Positions 1 to 11,064 are shown, numbered from the stretch's first letter. The stretch is 64,000 bases of DNA from an uncultured cyanobacterium (GCA_963703315.1 OY969811.1:2496001-2560000), one strand, 5' to 3'. Translations and numbers: made by a program. The notes: a model not told the origin generated them from the letters alone.

Positions 1-2
1 TA

Positions 3-3000
3 GACAATAGTGCAGTATCTGCTTCTACAACTGGAAGTGGAGTTGGTGGGAGCATTACGATTACAGCACCTCAATCTATGACAATAAGTAATTATGGGGA
101 AATAGCTGCTGATACAAGTTCTGCTGTTGCTTTAGGAATTGGTGGCAATGTGAAGGTAGATACTGCTAGCTTGACATTAACTGGTGACAGTACCCTAACT
201 ACTAGCACAACAGGAGCAGCAGTAGGAGGAGCAATGACAATTAAGACAAATACTCTAACAGTTGAGGGTGGTAGTAATATCTCTGCAAGAACTGGAGAAA
301 CCAATCCAAATGCAACTGGAAAAGGGGGGGATATTTCAATTCAACCTTATAGTGGAGATTTACTGAATGTAGTAGCCAATAATTCTGAAGCAATCTCCGT
401 TTCTTCCTTTGGTGATGGATTAGGAGGTGTTTTAAGTTTTAGCGCACCAACGGTTACATTTAACGGTTCTGGCGACATTACTGCTGATGCGAGAGGAACT
501 CAAACAGGGGGAAGTATCGTTATTTCTGCTAATACATTAGCTATAAATACAAATTTCTATGCTGAAGCTTTTCAAGGTAGTGGTAATGGGGGAGATTTCA
601 CGATCCAGTCATATGATGGTCAAAACTTAGATGTTACACTTAATAGCCTATTATCTGTTTCTTCACATACTTCAGGTATTGCAGGAATATTAAAAATTGT
701 TGCTCCACAGACAATCGTAATTCAAGGAAATGGAAGCTTAAAAGCTAGTGCATCTAGTAGTGGTAATGCTGGAAATATTTTCTTGTCTGCGCTCAATTCT
801 ATTTCTATACAAGGTATTGACATTGATTCTGGTACTGTTTCAAATAGTGGGCTAGGTGGCAACATCACAATTAACACTCAACAACTTAATCTTACCAACA
901 GTGCGAAGTTATCTGCTTCTACAAATTCTCTAGATGCTGCTGCTGTAGGTGGTTCTGTATTTGTGAATGCGGCGATCGCAAATCTGCAAGGTGGCAGCCA
1001 AATTTTAGCTCAAACATTTGGAGTTGCCAAAGCTGGCAGCATGATTTTTAAGCCTTATAGTAACGGACAAACAGTACTAATTACCTTTGCTGATAATTCT
1101 CAAATTTCTACGTCTTCTAAGTTAGGTGCAACTGGTCAAGGTGGCGATATTAGCATTACTGCGCCTCAATCTATAACCATAAGTGGTAATGGCAAGATGA
1201 CGGCGGAAACAGAAGGCAGTGGTAATAGTGGCAAGATTTTATTTGAGGCTCCTACTTTAACAATTACTGGCGAGGCAGAGGTATCAGCCGCAACTAAAGG
1301 CTCGGGAGCAGGAGGTAGTATTACCATCAATGCTCCTACCGCAGTGAACTTGATCCAAGTAAATGGAGTCTCACCAGTACTCTCTGTAGAAACTAGTAAT
1401 GCAGGTAAAGCAGGTAATATTGTTATTAATACGTCTATTCTCAATCTCTCGGATCAGGCGAGAATAACGGCTACTGCCACCAGCACTTCTACCAATACAG
1501 ATGGTGGTGGTAGCATCACGCTCAATGCCTCAACTATGAACCTATTTGGCACAGTTGGTGTGTTTGCTGAAACTCAAGGAGATGCTCCCGCAGGAAGTCT
1601 CAAGCTAAATCCCTATCTCAACGATCCCAATCTACAAATAAATCTTACTTCTGGTTCTCAAATCTCAGCATCAACATCAGGAAAAGGGAATGGTGGTGAT
1701 ATCCTGCTCACTGCACCTAATTCCATCACATTATCAGGACAGGGAACTATATCTGTAGAAGCCAAACAAGGTAGTAGTGGGAATGCAGGAAATATTAGTT
1801 TTATTACACCCAACCTCTTTCTCACAAATGGTGTCACGGTTTCCGCATCAACGGCTGGTACTGGCAAAGCAGGAGACATTTTTGTAAAGGTCAATAACTT
1901 AGCCATGTCCAATGGTGCAAGCATTAAAACCATCACATCTAGTTTTGGAGACTCAGGCAAAATTGACGTAAATGTGGCAAATAACTTTCTGCTTACAGAT
2001 TTGGCTACAGGTTTATTTGCTAATACAGAATTAAATTCTTCGGGAAAAGGTGGTGATATTACGATCAAAGTGCCAACTTTGACTATTACTGGAGGCGCAC
2101 AAATTTCTGCTGCAACTGATGGAGCAGGAGCAGGAGGAAGTATAACGATCAATGCACCTACTTTTGTAGAGTTAATTCGGATGCTAGATTCTTCGCCAGT
2201 ACTTTCAGTCCAAACTAGCAATGCAGGTAAAGCAGGCAATATAGTTATTAATACTCCTATGCTTACGCTCTCAGATCAAGCAAGAATCACTGCTACTGCT
2301 ACTGCCACTGCTACTAATAAAGATGGTGGTGGTAGTATTACGTTGAATGCTTCTAAAATGAACTTGGCAGGCATAGTCGGTGTCTTTGCCGAAACTCAGG
2401 GATTAGCTCCCGCAGGGAGTCTCAAGCTCAATCCTTACCTCAACGATCCTAATCTGTTAGTTACTCTCACGACAGGTTCTCAAATCTCAGCATCCACATC
2501 AGGACAGGGTAATGGAGGAGATTTAATTCTCACAGCTCCTAATTCCATCACGTTATCTGGTAAAGGAACCCTATCTGTCGAAACTAAACAGGGTAGTAGT
2601 GGGAATGCAGGTAGCATCAAATTTACCACAGGAGATCTTCTTCTCACCGATGGTGTAACAGTTTCTGCTTCGACGGCTGGTACAGGCAAAGCAGGAGATA
2701 TATCGGTGAAGGTCAATAACTTCACTCTCTCCAATGGTGCAAGTATTCAAACTAAGACTTCTAGCTCTGGTGATTCAGGGAAAATTGAAGTAATCGTAGG
2801 AAACAATCTGATCCTTGTGGGGGATGGTACTGGCTTATTTGCGGATACGACTCCTGATTCCACAGGTAAGGGTGGGAGTATTTTTGTTGATCCGCCTCTT
2901 GTCAGTATTACTAATGGTGCAGGGATTTCTGTTAACAGTTTAGGCAAAGGAAATGGCGGTAACATTGATATCTTTGCAGAGAACTTCATCTTTGCTAACA

Positions 3001-3713
3001 ATGCTTTTCTTCGTGCCAATACTGCTAGTGGTGAGGGTGGCAACATTAATCTTCAGATTGCTAATAGCTTCTTCCCACGTAATAACAGCAGCATTACTGC
3101 CACAGCCGCAGGGACGGGTAACGGTGGTAACATCACGCTCTCAGGAATGTTCTTTATTTCTTACCCTTCTGAAAACAACGACATCTTTGCTAATGCCTTT
3201 TTGGGCAGAGGTGGAAATATTAACATTACTACACAGGGAATCTTTGGATTACAATTTCGTCCCCGTTTGACTCCTTTAAGTGATATTACCGCAAGTTCAG
3301 ACTTCGGGGTAAATGGAACGGTTAATATTAATACCCCGGGGGTTGACCCTAGCAAAGGATTAACTAATTTACCAGTAGATATTGGTGATGCGAGTAAACT
3401 TGTCTCTCAGAAATGTTTAGCCGATCGCCAAGGTAGTGCATTTGTAATCACAGGTCGTGGGGGGATTCCTGCTAGTCCAGTGGATGTAATTAGTGGTAAT
3501 AACTTACAAGAAAATGTGGGTACAACAACTAATCAAGTCGCAAGTAAAACTACCCAATCTGTCAATCAACAGGCTAATCGCGATCGCTTGCCCGATCGCA
3601 TTGTTGAGGCGCAAGGCTGGACAATTAGCCCACAGGGTGAAGTGGCTCTTGTGGCAGAAGTTGCCCAACCTGTACCTGCGCCTACTTGGGCGAAACAACT
3701 ACGATGTCTTTGA
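3..3713 (+). CDS. Large filamentous-haemagglutinin-like / beta-helical exoprotein, 5' truncated by the window edge
   Basis: Frame is open from position 3 (DNSAVSASTTGSGVGGSITITAPQSM...). Gly/Ser/Thr-rich GxGGxIxI repeats. The C-terminus (NDIFANAF..GGNINI..SDITASS..G..C..FVITGRGGIP..IVEAQGW..C) is typical of cyanobacterial FHA-family proteins. Confidence 0.85.
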   Translation, partial: DNSAVSASTTGSGVGGSITITAPQSMTISNYGEIAADTSSAVALGIGGNVKVDTASLTLTGDSTLTTSTTGAAVGGAMTIKTNTLTVEGGSNISARTGETNPNATGKGGDISIQPYSGDLLNVVANNSEAISVSSFGDGLGGVLSFSAPTVTFNGSGDITADARGTQTGGSIVISANTLAINTNFYAEAFQGSGNGGDFTIQSYDGQNLDVTLNSLLSVSSHTSGIAGILKIVAPQTIVIQGNGSLKASASSSGNAGNIFLSALNSISIQGIDIDSGTVSNSGLGGNITINTQQLNLTNSAKLSASTNSLDAAAVGGSVFVNAAIANLQGGSQILAQTFGVAKAGSMIFKPYSNGQTVLITFADNSQISTSSKLGATGQGGDISITAPQSITISGNGKMTAETEGSGNSGKILFEAPTLTITGEAEVSAATKGSGAGGSITINAPTAVNLIQVNGVSPVLSVETSNAGKAGNIVINTSILNLSDQARITATATSTSTNTDGGGSITLNASTMNLFGTVGVFAETQGDAPAGSLKLNPYLNDPNLQINLTSGSQISASTSGKGNGGDILLTAPNSITLSGQGTISVEAKQGSSGNAGNISFITPNLFLTNGVTVSASTAGTGKAGDIFVKVNNLAMSNGASIKTITSSFGDSGKIDVNVANNFLLTDLATGLFANTELNSSGKGGDITIKVPTLTITGGAQISAATDGAGAGGSITINAPTFVELIRMLDSSPVLSVQTSNAGKAGNIVINTPMLTLSDQARITATATATATNKDGGGSITLNASKMNLAGIVGVFAETQGLAPAGSLKLNPYLNDPNLLVTLTTGSQISASTSGQGNGGDLILTAPNSITLSGKGTLSVETKQGSSGNAGSIKFTTGDLLLTDGVTVSASTAGTGKAGDISVKVNNFTLSNGASIQTKTSSSGDSGKIEVIVGNNLILVGDGTGLFADTTPDSTGKGGSIFVDPPLVSITNGAGISVNSLGKGNGGNIDIFAENFIFANNAFLRANTASGEGGNINLQIANSFFPRNNSSITATAAGTGNGGNITLSGMFFISYPSENNDIFANAFLGRGGNINITTQGIFGLQFRPRLTPLSDITASSDFGVNGTVNINTPGVDPSKGLTNLPVDIGDASKLVSQKCLADRQGSAFVITGRGGIPASPVDVISGNNLQENVGTTTNQVASKTTQSVNQQANRDRLPDRIVEAQGWTISPQGEVALVAEVAQPVPAPTWAKQLRCL
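1250..2890 (+). repeat. Internal tandem duplication, period 822 bp (274 aa), in the FHA-like gene
   Basis: caaatctcagcatc(a/c)acatcagga at 1659 and 2481, and tgcaggtaaagcagg at 1400 and 2222 (both offset 822). The protein blocks SNAGKAGNIVINT...LKLNPYLNDPNL...STAGTGKAGDI occur twice. Ends are approximate. Confidence 0.85.
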
Positions 3714-3776
3714 TATTAGGAAAGGCTATGCGAGGTTCAGCCTTTCACAGGTTTATTAAATAAAGGAAATAGGCAG

Positions 3777-6446
3777 ATGAAGCGATCGCTAAGTAATGTT
3801 CAAATTAGTATTCAAAAAACACGAAAATATAACCTCAAAATATCTTTTCGGTTTTTACGAACTGTCAGTCTTTGTCTGCTGTTTCTCTTGACTGCATTAG
3901 TTCAGCCTCTAATCGTATTGGCAATTAATCCATCACCAAATCATTCTATTTCTCAAGCAAATTTAGAAACACCAAATAGCTTATTAAATCGAGGTAAATC
4001 GCTTTATCAATTAGGACAATGGCAAGAGGCGATTCAAGCTTGGGAGCAAGCAACTAAGCTCTATCAGCAGCAAAATAATATGCTGGATTTAGCGATTACC
4101 TTAAGCAATCTCTCCCTAGCTCATCAAAAATTAGGACATTGGCAAGATGCGGAACGAGTGATTGTCCAAAGTTTGCAAATTTCCCGATCGCTAGAGATTA
4201 ATGCGGATAGCCGAAAAGTAATTGCTCAGGCTCTAGATACTCAGGGAAATTTATATTTAAATCTAGGCAAAATCGAAGAGGCGATCGCGGTCTGGCAAGA
4301 AGCCGCAATTATCCATGCTCAACTCGGTAATCTCGATCTTCAAATCCGTAATGTTCTCAATCAAGCCCATGCCCTAAAAATGCAAGGGTTTTATCGCCGA
4401 TCGCTACAAACTTTAGAATCCGTTCAAGCCTTATTGCCAAAGATATCGGACAATCTCCTCACAGCGATCGCACTACATAATTACGGTGATATGTTGACTA
4501 CTGTTGGGGAATTTAAAAGCGCCCGTTCTCCTTTAGAGAAGAGTTTAAAGATCCTTGAACGCATTGATAACAATGAGCAGAAGAGTATCGTGCTATTGCG
4601 GCTTGGTAATCTAGAACGACTTGAGGGTAACACCGACAAAGCCCAAGAGTTCTATCGCAATGCATCACAAGGGCGATCGCTGACTAGTTTACAAGCTAAA
4701 CTCAATCTATTTAGTTTGTTGATCGAATCTAGCGAATTGGAAAAAGCTTTAAAACTGCGATCGCAAATTAGCCCATTATTATCTAATCTTGACAATAGTT
4801 CTAATCTTGACAATAGTTCTAATCTTGACAATAGTATTGATGCCATCTTTGCACGTATTAATTATGGAGAGAGTTTACTCAGATTCACAAAATTAGCACC
4901 TGCACCTCAAAATAGTGCATTACTATCAGAAGCTGCCAAAGTCCTCGCAGGTTCCATTCAGCAAGCCAAAGTCATCAATGATAGTCGTACGCTTGCCTAT
5001 GCGATCGGCAGTTTAGGCAGTGCTTATGAACAGAGCAACCAAATCGATGAAGCCCAAAACCTGACGCAACAAGCCCTTGCGATCGCCCAAAGCATCAATG
5101 CAACTGATATCGCCTATCGTTGGCAGTGGCAACTGGGAAGACTGCTCAAAACTAAAGGTGATACTAAGGGGGCAATCCTTGCCTATACCGAAGCCGTTAA
5201 TGGCTTGCGTCAGTTGCGTAGCGATCTGGTATTTGTGAATCCTAACGTGCAGTTCTCATTTCGTGAAACCGTTGAGCCTGTCTATCGCCAACTCGTAGGT
5301 TTATTACTGCAAGATACCACTCCAGACGATAAACAAAAAAACTTAACTAAAGCTCAAGAGGCGATCGAATCGCTACAACTGGCTGAATTAGTTAACTTCT
5401 TTCGCTCTGACTGTCTAAATGCCGTTCAAGTTGACATTAACCAAGTTGATCGTACTGCTGCCGTTATTTATCCGATCATTCTTGAAGATCGTTTAGAAGT
5501 AATTCTTAGTTTACCCAATCAGCCACTTCGCCATTATGCTAGCAAGGTTACATCAGAACAAATTGATGAGGAAGTGCTTGATTTACGAGTTAATCTGCGC
5601 GATCCCTCTTCACAGGACTATATCGCCAATGCTCAAAATATTTATGATTGGTTGATTCGCCCTGCTGCTAGTGCGATCGCCCAAAGTCAGATCAAAACCA
5701 TCGTATTTGTCTTAGATGGGTCTTTAAGAAATATTCCTATGTCGGTTTTGCATGATGGGAAGAATTTTTTGATTGAGAACTATAGTATTGCTCTCACTCC
5801 GAGTCTTCAACTTCTTGACCCTAAACCGATCGCTAAACAAAAAATCACAGCTTTAATTGGTGGACTGACCGAAGCAAGACAAGGGTTTTCGGCTTTACCT
5901 AATGTCAAAAGTGAGTTACAGGAAATTAACAAACAAGTGCCTTTAAGTTCTATCTTTCTAGATGCCAATTTTACGAAGCAAAATCTAGCTGAAAGAATGA
6001 TATCACTGCCATTTCCGATTATTCATCTTGCTACTCACGGTAACTTTAGTTCTGAAGCTGAAAATACTTATTTACTTACTTACGATGGCAAGTTAACCAT
6101 TGACAATCTTTATCAGTTATTACGTTCCAAAAAACGCAGTGATAGCGAACCCGTTGAGTTATTAATTTTGAGTGCTTGTCAAACGGCTGTAGGAGATAAG
6201 CGTGCGGCGCTGGGCTTAGCAGGAATGGCAGTCAGAGCAGGAGCTAGAAGTACGATCGCCTCACTCTGGTCGGTTGATGATGCCGCGACTTCTAAGTTTA
6301 TGATTTCTCTCTATCAAAATCTATCTTCAGCTAATCTCACTAAAGCTGAGTCCTTAAGAATAGCTCAAAAAACCTTGCTTAACAATTCACAATACAATCA
6401 TCCCTATTTTTGGTCGCCCTTTGTACTTTTGGGTAACTGGCTATAG
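3777..6446 (+). CDS. TPR-repeat CHAT-domain (caspase-like) protein
   Basis: N-terminal hydrophobic segment and TPR repeats. CHAT motifs IHLATHG, LILSACQT, ASLWSVDD and HPYFWSPFVLLGNW. Confidence 0.9.
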   Translation: MKRSLSNVQISIQKTRKYNLKISFRFLRTVSLCLLFLLTALVQPLIVLAINPSPNHSISQANLETPNSLLNRGKSLYQLGQWQEAIQAWEQATKLYQQQNNMLDLAITLSNLSLAHQKLGHWQDAERVIVQSLQISRSLEINADSRKVIAQALDTQGNLYLNLGKIEEAIAVWQEAAIIHAQLGNLDLQIRNVLNQAHALKMQGFYRRSLQTLESVQALLPKISDNLLTAIALHNYGDMLTTVGEFKSARSPLEKSLKILERIDNNEQKSIVLLRLGNLERLEGNTDKAQEFYRNASQGRSLTSLQAKLNLFSLLIESSELEKALKLRSQISPLLSNLDNSSNLDNSSNLDNSIDAIFARINYGESLLRFTKLAPAPQNSALLSEAAKVLAGSIQQAKVINDSRTLAYAIGSLGSAYEQSNQIDEAQNLTQQALAIAQSINATDIAYRWQWQLGRLLKTKGDTKGAILAYTEAVNGLRQLRSDLVFVNPNVQFSFRETVEPVYRQLVGLLLQDTTPDDKQKNLTKAQEAIESLQLAELVNFFRSDCLNAVQVDINQVDRTAAVIYPIILEDRLEVILSLPNQPLRHYASKVTSEQIDEEVLDLRVNLRDPSSQDYIANAQNIYDWLIRPAASAIAQSQIKTIVFVLDGSLRNIPMSVLHDGKNFLIENYSIALTPSLQLLDPKPIAKQKITALIGGLTEARQGFSALPNVKSELQEINKQVPLSSIFLDANFTKQNLAERMISLPFPIIHLATHGNFSSEAENTYLLTYDGKLTIDNLYQLLRSKKRSDSEPVELLILSACQTAVGDKRAALGLAGMAVRAGARSTIASLWSVDDAATSKFMISLYQNLSSANLTKAESLRIAQKTLLNNSQYNHPYFWSPFVLLGNWL
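4782..4835 (+). repeat. Perfect 18-bp tandem repeat x3 (TCTAATCTTGACAATAGT), in frame
   Basis: Read directly; encodes SNLDNS three times. Confidence 0.95.
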
Positions 6447-6496
6447 CGTTTCACCGTCTTGTTAGACACAAAACCAAAGAAGCACTTGCATTGTTA

Positions 6497-6582
6497 TATA
6501 GCTGTAGTCAGTAAAACCAAAACCCAAAAATATAGCTGCGGCGCATCGCGCCGCAGCTATATTTTTGGGTTTTATGGCTATA
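6497..6582. repeat. TATAGC...GCTATA-bounded palindromic intergenic repeat
   Basis: Perfect stem 6519-6573 with core GCGGCGC-ATC-GCGCCGC. Confidence 0.85.
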
Positions 6583-6687
6583 CTTGCCAATCTCCGACAA
6601 ATAACGCTTGGTGCTACTCCTCAGAAAAAGTTACACTTTGTTCAGGACTGCATATAAATCTCAATACCTACAATCAAGTTTGCCCCC

Positions 6688-8748
6688 ATGCCCAACCGTC
6701 TCGCTCAATCGCAAAGTCTCTATCTTCGTAAACACGCTGATAACCCGATCGATTGGTATCCTTGGGGTAACGAAGCTATAGAAAAGGCAAGAGCCGAAAA
6801 TAAGCCGATCTTTTTGTCCATTGGTTACTCTAGTTGCCATTGGTGTACGGTGATGGAGCATGAGGCTTTTTCGGATACAGTGATTGCGGACTATATGAGC
6901 GATCGCTTTGTGGCAATTAAAGTTGATCGCGAGGAGCGCCCCGATCTCGATAGCATTTATATGCAAGCTGTACAAATCATGGGTGAAACTGGTGGCTGGC
7001 CTCTAAATTTGTTTCTGGCTCCTGATGATTTAGTTCCCTTTTATGGTGGGACATACTTTCCGATTGAGCCGCGCTATGGCAGACCGGGATTTTTGCGCGT
7101 GCTGCAATCAATTTGTGATATTTACTATGAACGCAATCAAGATATTCAAGACTATAAAGAACAAATTGTCCGAAATCTACACCAAGTAAATAAGCTCATT
7201 CCTGTGCCAATTATTAGTGATGAGGTTTTAGCTAATGGCATTGCCAAATGCGCCGAAGTCGTCACTAATCGCGATTATGGAACCTGTTTTCCGATGATTC
7301 CCTATGCTAATTTCTTGTTAAGAGCAAGTCGTTTTGAGGTTATCAATGCGGAATCTGGCGAAACTATTCACACAAACATTCTCAAGGATAAAGCTCAACA
7401 ACGAGGTCTAGATTTAGCTCTGGGTGGGATTTTTGACCATGTAGCAGGTGGATGGCATCGCTACACCATTGATCATACTTGGACAGTTCCACATTTTGAG
7501 AAGATGCTCTACGACAATGGTTTGATTATGGAATATCTCGCTAATCTCTGGCTATCGGGATTAGAAGAACCTGCGATCGCTAGATCTTGTGAACTCACCG
7601 CCACTTGGCTCCAGCGCGAAATGCTCGCCGAAGAAGGCTGCTTTTATGCTTCTCAAGATGCTGATAGTGAAGGAAGAGAAGGTAAATTTTGGGTATGGAG
7701 TTTTACAGAACTAAAGAAAATTTTTAGTGCTAGTGAACTTGACCTATTAACTCAAGAATTTACAATTTCCGTAAATGGTAATTTTGAAGAATCTAATGTC
7801 TTACAACGTAAAAAACGTGGTGAATTGTCGCCAGAAATAGAAGCAAGTCTGACCAAACTATTTCGTCGTCGCTATGGAGAATATTCTCGTCCTACCGATG
7901 CTTTCCCTGTAGCGCGTAGTCAAGATGATATTCGCGAAATTAATTGGGAAGGTCGTGTGCCGCCTGTGACTGATACGAAAGCGATCACGGCTTGGAATGC
8001 GCTGATGATTTCGGGTTTAGCGAATGCTTACCGTGCTTTTCAAAAGCCTATCTATAAACAACTTGCCGTCAATGCGGCAAAGTTCATTCTCGAAAATCAA
8101 TGGATTGAAGGAAGTTTGCAACGGATTAATTATGAAGGACAAGCAGCAGTTGCGGCGCAGTCAGAGGATTATGCTTTTTTGATTAAGGCTTTGCTTGATC
8201 TACATCAAGCTATTCCTGAAGATGCGGATTTCTATCTGCAACAGGCGATCTCCATCCAAGCAGAATTTGATCGTGACTTTTGGGATGCCCTCTCTGGCGG
8301 CTATTTCAACACTACCAGCGAATCTAGTCAGCATTTACTCCTGCGAGAGCGCAACTATCAAGATAATGCAACCCCTTCACCCAATGGCATTGCGATCGCC
8401 AATTTAGTCCGTTTTGCTAGCCTTACCGAAAAGTTGGAATATCTAGATCGTGCAGAACTAGCATTAAAAAGATTTGGTCTGGTGATTGCTAATAGTCCTG
8501 TGGCTTGTCCCAGTCTGTTAGCGGCTTTTGACTGGTTCCGCAATCATACGCTGGTGCGGACTAATCCTGCTCAATATGCCTATCTCAATCGTCAATATCT
8601 ACCCTCAGTCATGCTCCGCATCGATCGCCATTTACCTAATCCTGAAGCGATCGCAATGGTTTGTCAGGGCTTTGCTTGTCTAGAACCTGCCACGAGTCAG
8701 GAAGTATGTGATCAACAGTTATTACGGAGTACGACTAGAGTGCGCTAG
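6688..8748 (+). CDS. Thioredoxin-domain protein, YyaL/SPATA20 family
   Basis: [40 protein letters not shown] and [11 protein letters not shown] motifs. Confidence 0.9.
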   Translation: MPNRLAQSQSLYLRKHADNPIDWYPWGNEAIEKARAENKPIFLSIGYSSCHWCTVMEHEAFSDTVIADYMSDRFVAIKVDREERPDLDSIYMQAVQIMGETGGWPLNLFLAPDDLVPFYGGTYFPIEPRYGRPGFLRVLQSICDIYYERNQDIQDYKEQIVRNLHQVNKLIPVPIISDEVLANGIAKCAEVVTNRDYGTCFPMIPYANFLLRASRFEVINAESGETIHTNILKDKAQQRGLDLALGGIFDHVAGGWHRYTIDHTWTVPHFEKMLYDNGLIMEYLANLWLSGLEEPAIARSCELTATWLQREMLAEEGCFYASQDADSEGREGKFWVWSFTELKKIFSASELDLLTQEFTISVNGNFEESNVLQRKKRGELSPEIEASLTKLFRRRYGEYSRPTDAFPVARSQDDIREINWEGRVPPVTDTKAITAWNALMISGLANAYRAFQKPIYKQLAVNAAKFILENQWIEGSLQRINYEGQAAVAAQSEDYAFLIKALLDLHQAIPEDADFYLQQAISIQAEFDRDFWDALSGGYFNTTSESSQHLLLRERNYQDNATPSPNGIAIANLVRFASLTEKLEYLDRAELALKRFGLVIANSPVACPSLLAAFDWFRNHTLVRTNPAQYAYLNRQYLPSVMLRIDRHLPNPEAIAMVCQGFACLEPATSQEVCDQQLLRSTTRVR

Positions 8749-8750
8749 TT

Positions 8751-10082
8751 TTAGAACTTCGCTGGTTCACCCATGATATAGGTTGCCGCGATCGCCCGAT
8801 CATCGCCCATGATCATTGTCGCAAAGAGTTGATCAGATATTTCGGTAATAGTTGGCGCTACAGTCTGATTGACCGATTGATTTCTCAAAGCCAAGATGGG
8901 AGTCGATCGCAGATTTAACACTACAAAATCTGCCTCTTTGCCAATCTCAAAGTTACCTAGTTTATCATCAAGAGATAAGGCGATCGCTCCACCCAACGTG
9001 GCAAGAAATAAAGCTTGAAATGCGGAAAGTTTTTGTGATCGCAACTGAGCAACTTGGTAAGCCGCACTCGCAGTGCGGAGAATCGAGAAACTTGTACCTG
9101 CGCCCACATCAGTTCCTAATCCAACTTTGACGGGAGTTTCTAAAGATTTGGCTTTTTCTAATTTGAATAGTCCGCTCCCTAAAAACAAATTAGAAGTCGG
9201 ACAAAAGGCGATCGCTGATTTTGCTGCGGATAATCTGGCAAATTCGCGATCCGTAAGCTGCACACCATGCGCGAAGATCGACTTTGAGCCAACTAGCCCT
9301 GCGCGATCGTAGACATCAAGATAGCCTTCACTTTCGGGAAAGAACTCGGCGACAGTGGCAACTTCTTTGACATTTTCCGAAAGATGGGTATGTAAGTATA
9401 CATCAGGAAATTCGGCTAAAAGCTTACCTGCATTGCTCAACTGTGCTGCTGTTGAGGTAATCGCAAAGCGTGGTGTTACTGCATAAAGCAAGCGATCGCG
9501 TTTGTGCCATTTCTCAATTAACTGCTTTGTTTCGGTATAAGAAGATGTCGCTGTATCTAACAAAAATTCGGGAGCATGACGATCCATCATCACCTTACCC
9601 GCAATCATCCGTAAATTCCGACGCTGAGCCTCTTCAAAAAATGCATCCGTTGATTGCGGAAACACCGATGTAAATACTAAGGCGGTAGTGGTTCCATTGC
9701 GTAATAATTCATCCAGAAAAAGTGAGGCAATTTCCAGAGCATAGTTGCGATCGGCAAACTTCCTTTCCGTCGGAAATGTATAGATACTCAGCCATTCCAA
9801 TAACTGCTCACCATAGGAAGCAATCATTTCTGTCTGTGGAAAATGAATATGCGTATCGATAAACCCTGAGACAATCAAGCGATCGCGATAATCAGTAACA
9901 GGAAGATCCGCATACTGAGACTTTAACTCTTCATAATTGCCTAAATCCTTGACCTTGCCATGCTCGACCACCAGTAATCCATCAGGAAAGTAGCGCATAC
10001 AATCAGCTTCAGGTACATAAAAAGGATCAGCGATCGCATCTAGAAAACTGGCTCGAAATCCCTTTATGTCTGAGTTCTGCAT
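8751..10082 (-). CDS. guaD: Guanine deaminase
   Basis: Amidohydrolase motifs GFIDTHIHFPQ, YAVTPRFA, HTHLSEN and GLGTDVGAGTS. Confidence 0.92.
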   Translation of the reverse strand: MQNSDIKGFRASFLDAIADPFYVPEADCMRYFPDGLLVVEHGKVKDLGNYEELKSQYADLPVTDYRDRLIVSGFIDTHIHFPQTEMIASYGEQLLEWLSIYTFPTERKFADRNYALEIASLFLDELLRNGTTTALVFTSVFPQSTDAFFEEAQRRNLRMIAGKVMMDRHAPEFLLDTATSSYTETKQLIEKWHKRDRLLYAVTPRFAITSTAAQLSNAGKLLAEFPDVYLHTHLSENVKEVATVAEFFPESEGYLDVYDRAGLVGSKSIFAHGVQLTDREFARLSAAKSAIAFCPTSNLFLGSGLFKLEKAKSLETPVKVGLGTDVGAGTSFSILRTASAAYQVAQLRSQKLSAFQALFLATLGGAIALSLDDKLGNFEIGKEADFVVLNLRSTPILALRNQSVNQTVAPTITEISDQLFATMIMGDDRAIAATYIMGEPAKF

Positions 10083-10165
10083 GATTTGGGGAAAGTTAGC
10101 TTGCGTAATGGCTAGACTATTGTTTGCATTGTTTCGCCTTTGTCATAGTCACAAAAATTACAATA

Positions 10166-10218
10166 AAACCCATTCATAAAGTGGCAGCACTTCGCGCCGC
10201 AACTCTATGAATGGGTTT
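10166..10218. repeat. Palindromic intergenic repeat (degenerate core)
   Basis: aaacccattcata...tatgaatgggttt arms with GC core and TTC loop. Confidence 0.75.
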
Positions 10219-10246
10219 CTGGCGATCGCTATATTTTGCTGAAAAC

Positions 10247-10870
10247 TTAATGGGCAAAAACATCGGCATAGCCCAGTAAATCTAAGTACACAACCGTAGG
10301 AATATGAGCAAAGCAAGCCTTTGCCAAATCGTAGCGGTTTTCACGAACTAACATATCGATCAGCTTGCGATAGACAGGTAAAAGATAGCGCACATCATTG
10401 GCGGCATACTTTAGTTGTTCTTCCGATAGAAGTTGGATATTGCCCCAGTCTGAACATTGGGAGGTTTTATCGAGGTCAACTTTTTCCAGTTCGCGGACTA
10501 GCTCTTTTAAACCATGTTTATCGGTATATGTCCTAGCCAACTTGCTCGCAATTTTGGTGCAGAAAATTGGATGGGTGGCAATGCTAAGATGTGCCTCCAG
10601 CATCGCTACGTCAAAACGAGCAAAGTGAAAAACTTTTGTGACATCGGGGGCTTCAAATAAATACTTAAGGTTGGGTGCTTCTTTGATTCCTTGAGCGATT
10701 CTTACCAAACTTACATAATCGTCGTCGTTACTGATTTGGATTAAACACAAGCGATCGCGCCGAGGGATCAACCCCATTGTTTCTGTATCAACGGCGATCG
10801 CTTTGCAACCGAGATACTCTTGAAGAGTTTCAAAATCAATATCGTTATCAAATATTTTAAAAGCTGGCAT
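10247..10870 (-). CDS. rnd: Ribonuclease D-like DEDDy 3'-5' exonuclease
   Basis: AVDTETMGL, RLCLIQ, FHFARFD, CTKIASKLARTYT, SDW and YAANDV motifs. ATG at 10870 preferred over the upstream TTG. Confidence 0.85.
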   Translation of the reverse strand: MPAFKIFDNDIDFETLQEYLGCKAIAVDTETMGLIPRRDRLCLIQISNDDDYVSLVRIAQGIKEAPNLKYLFEAPDVTKVFHFARFDVAMLEAHLSIATHPIFCTKIASKLARTYTDKHGLKELVRELEKVDLDKTSQCSDWGNIQLLSEEQLKYAANDVRYLLPVYRKLIDMLVRENRYDLAKACFAHIPTVVYLDLLGYADVFAH

Positions 10871-10960
10871 TTTAATTCTTAGGTGAGCTTCAGCACTAGT
10901 TATACAGCTTTTATGCAGCTTATTTGTCAAATTGAGTAGACTTTAGCCAAATTAAAATTA

Positions 10961-11064
10961 TAACTACCTCGGCACAATTAAAAACCAGATTTAAAACCTG
11001 TGGCGTACACTGCGCGTGTGCCACAGGTTTTAGGATTTTATATTTAATTAAGCCTACTTACTTA
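10961..11064. repeat. TAAGTAG-type MITE-like palindromic element (degenerate)
   Basis: Central hairpin aaaacctgtggc...gccacaggtttt is shared with the copy at 39264; ends resemble the 50464 copy. Confidence 0.75.

Noticed and set aside
92..3355. Several long antisense ORFs (for example 1658-2239) opposite the FHA-like gene
   Set aside because: Shadow frames produced by Gly/Ser/Thr/Ala codon bias; they simply mirror the sense repeats.
6459..6731. 90-aa ORF, and the similar ORF at 55999-56217, sharing SCGASRR
   Set aside because: The shared peptide is the translation of the palindromic repeat core; both have TTG starts and overlap real genes.
10083..10246. Purine riboswitch or NtcA promoter upstream of guaD
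   Set aside because: No purine-aptamer consensus seen. There is only an imperfect GTA-N8-GAC with no correctly spaced -10, and the hairpin is a repeat copy.
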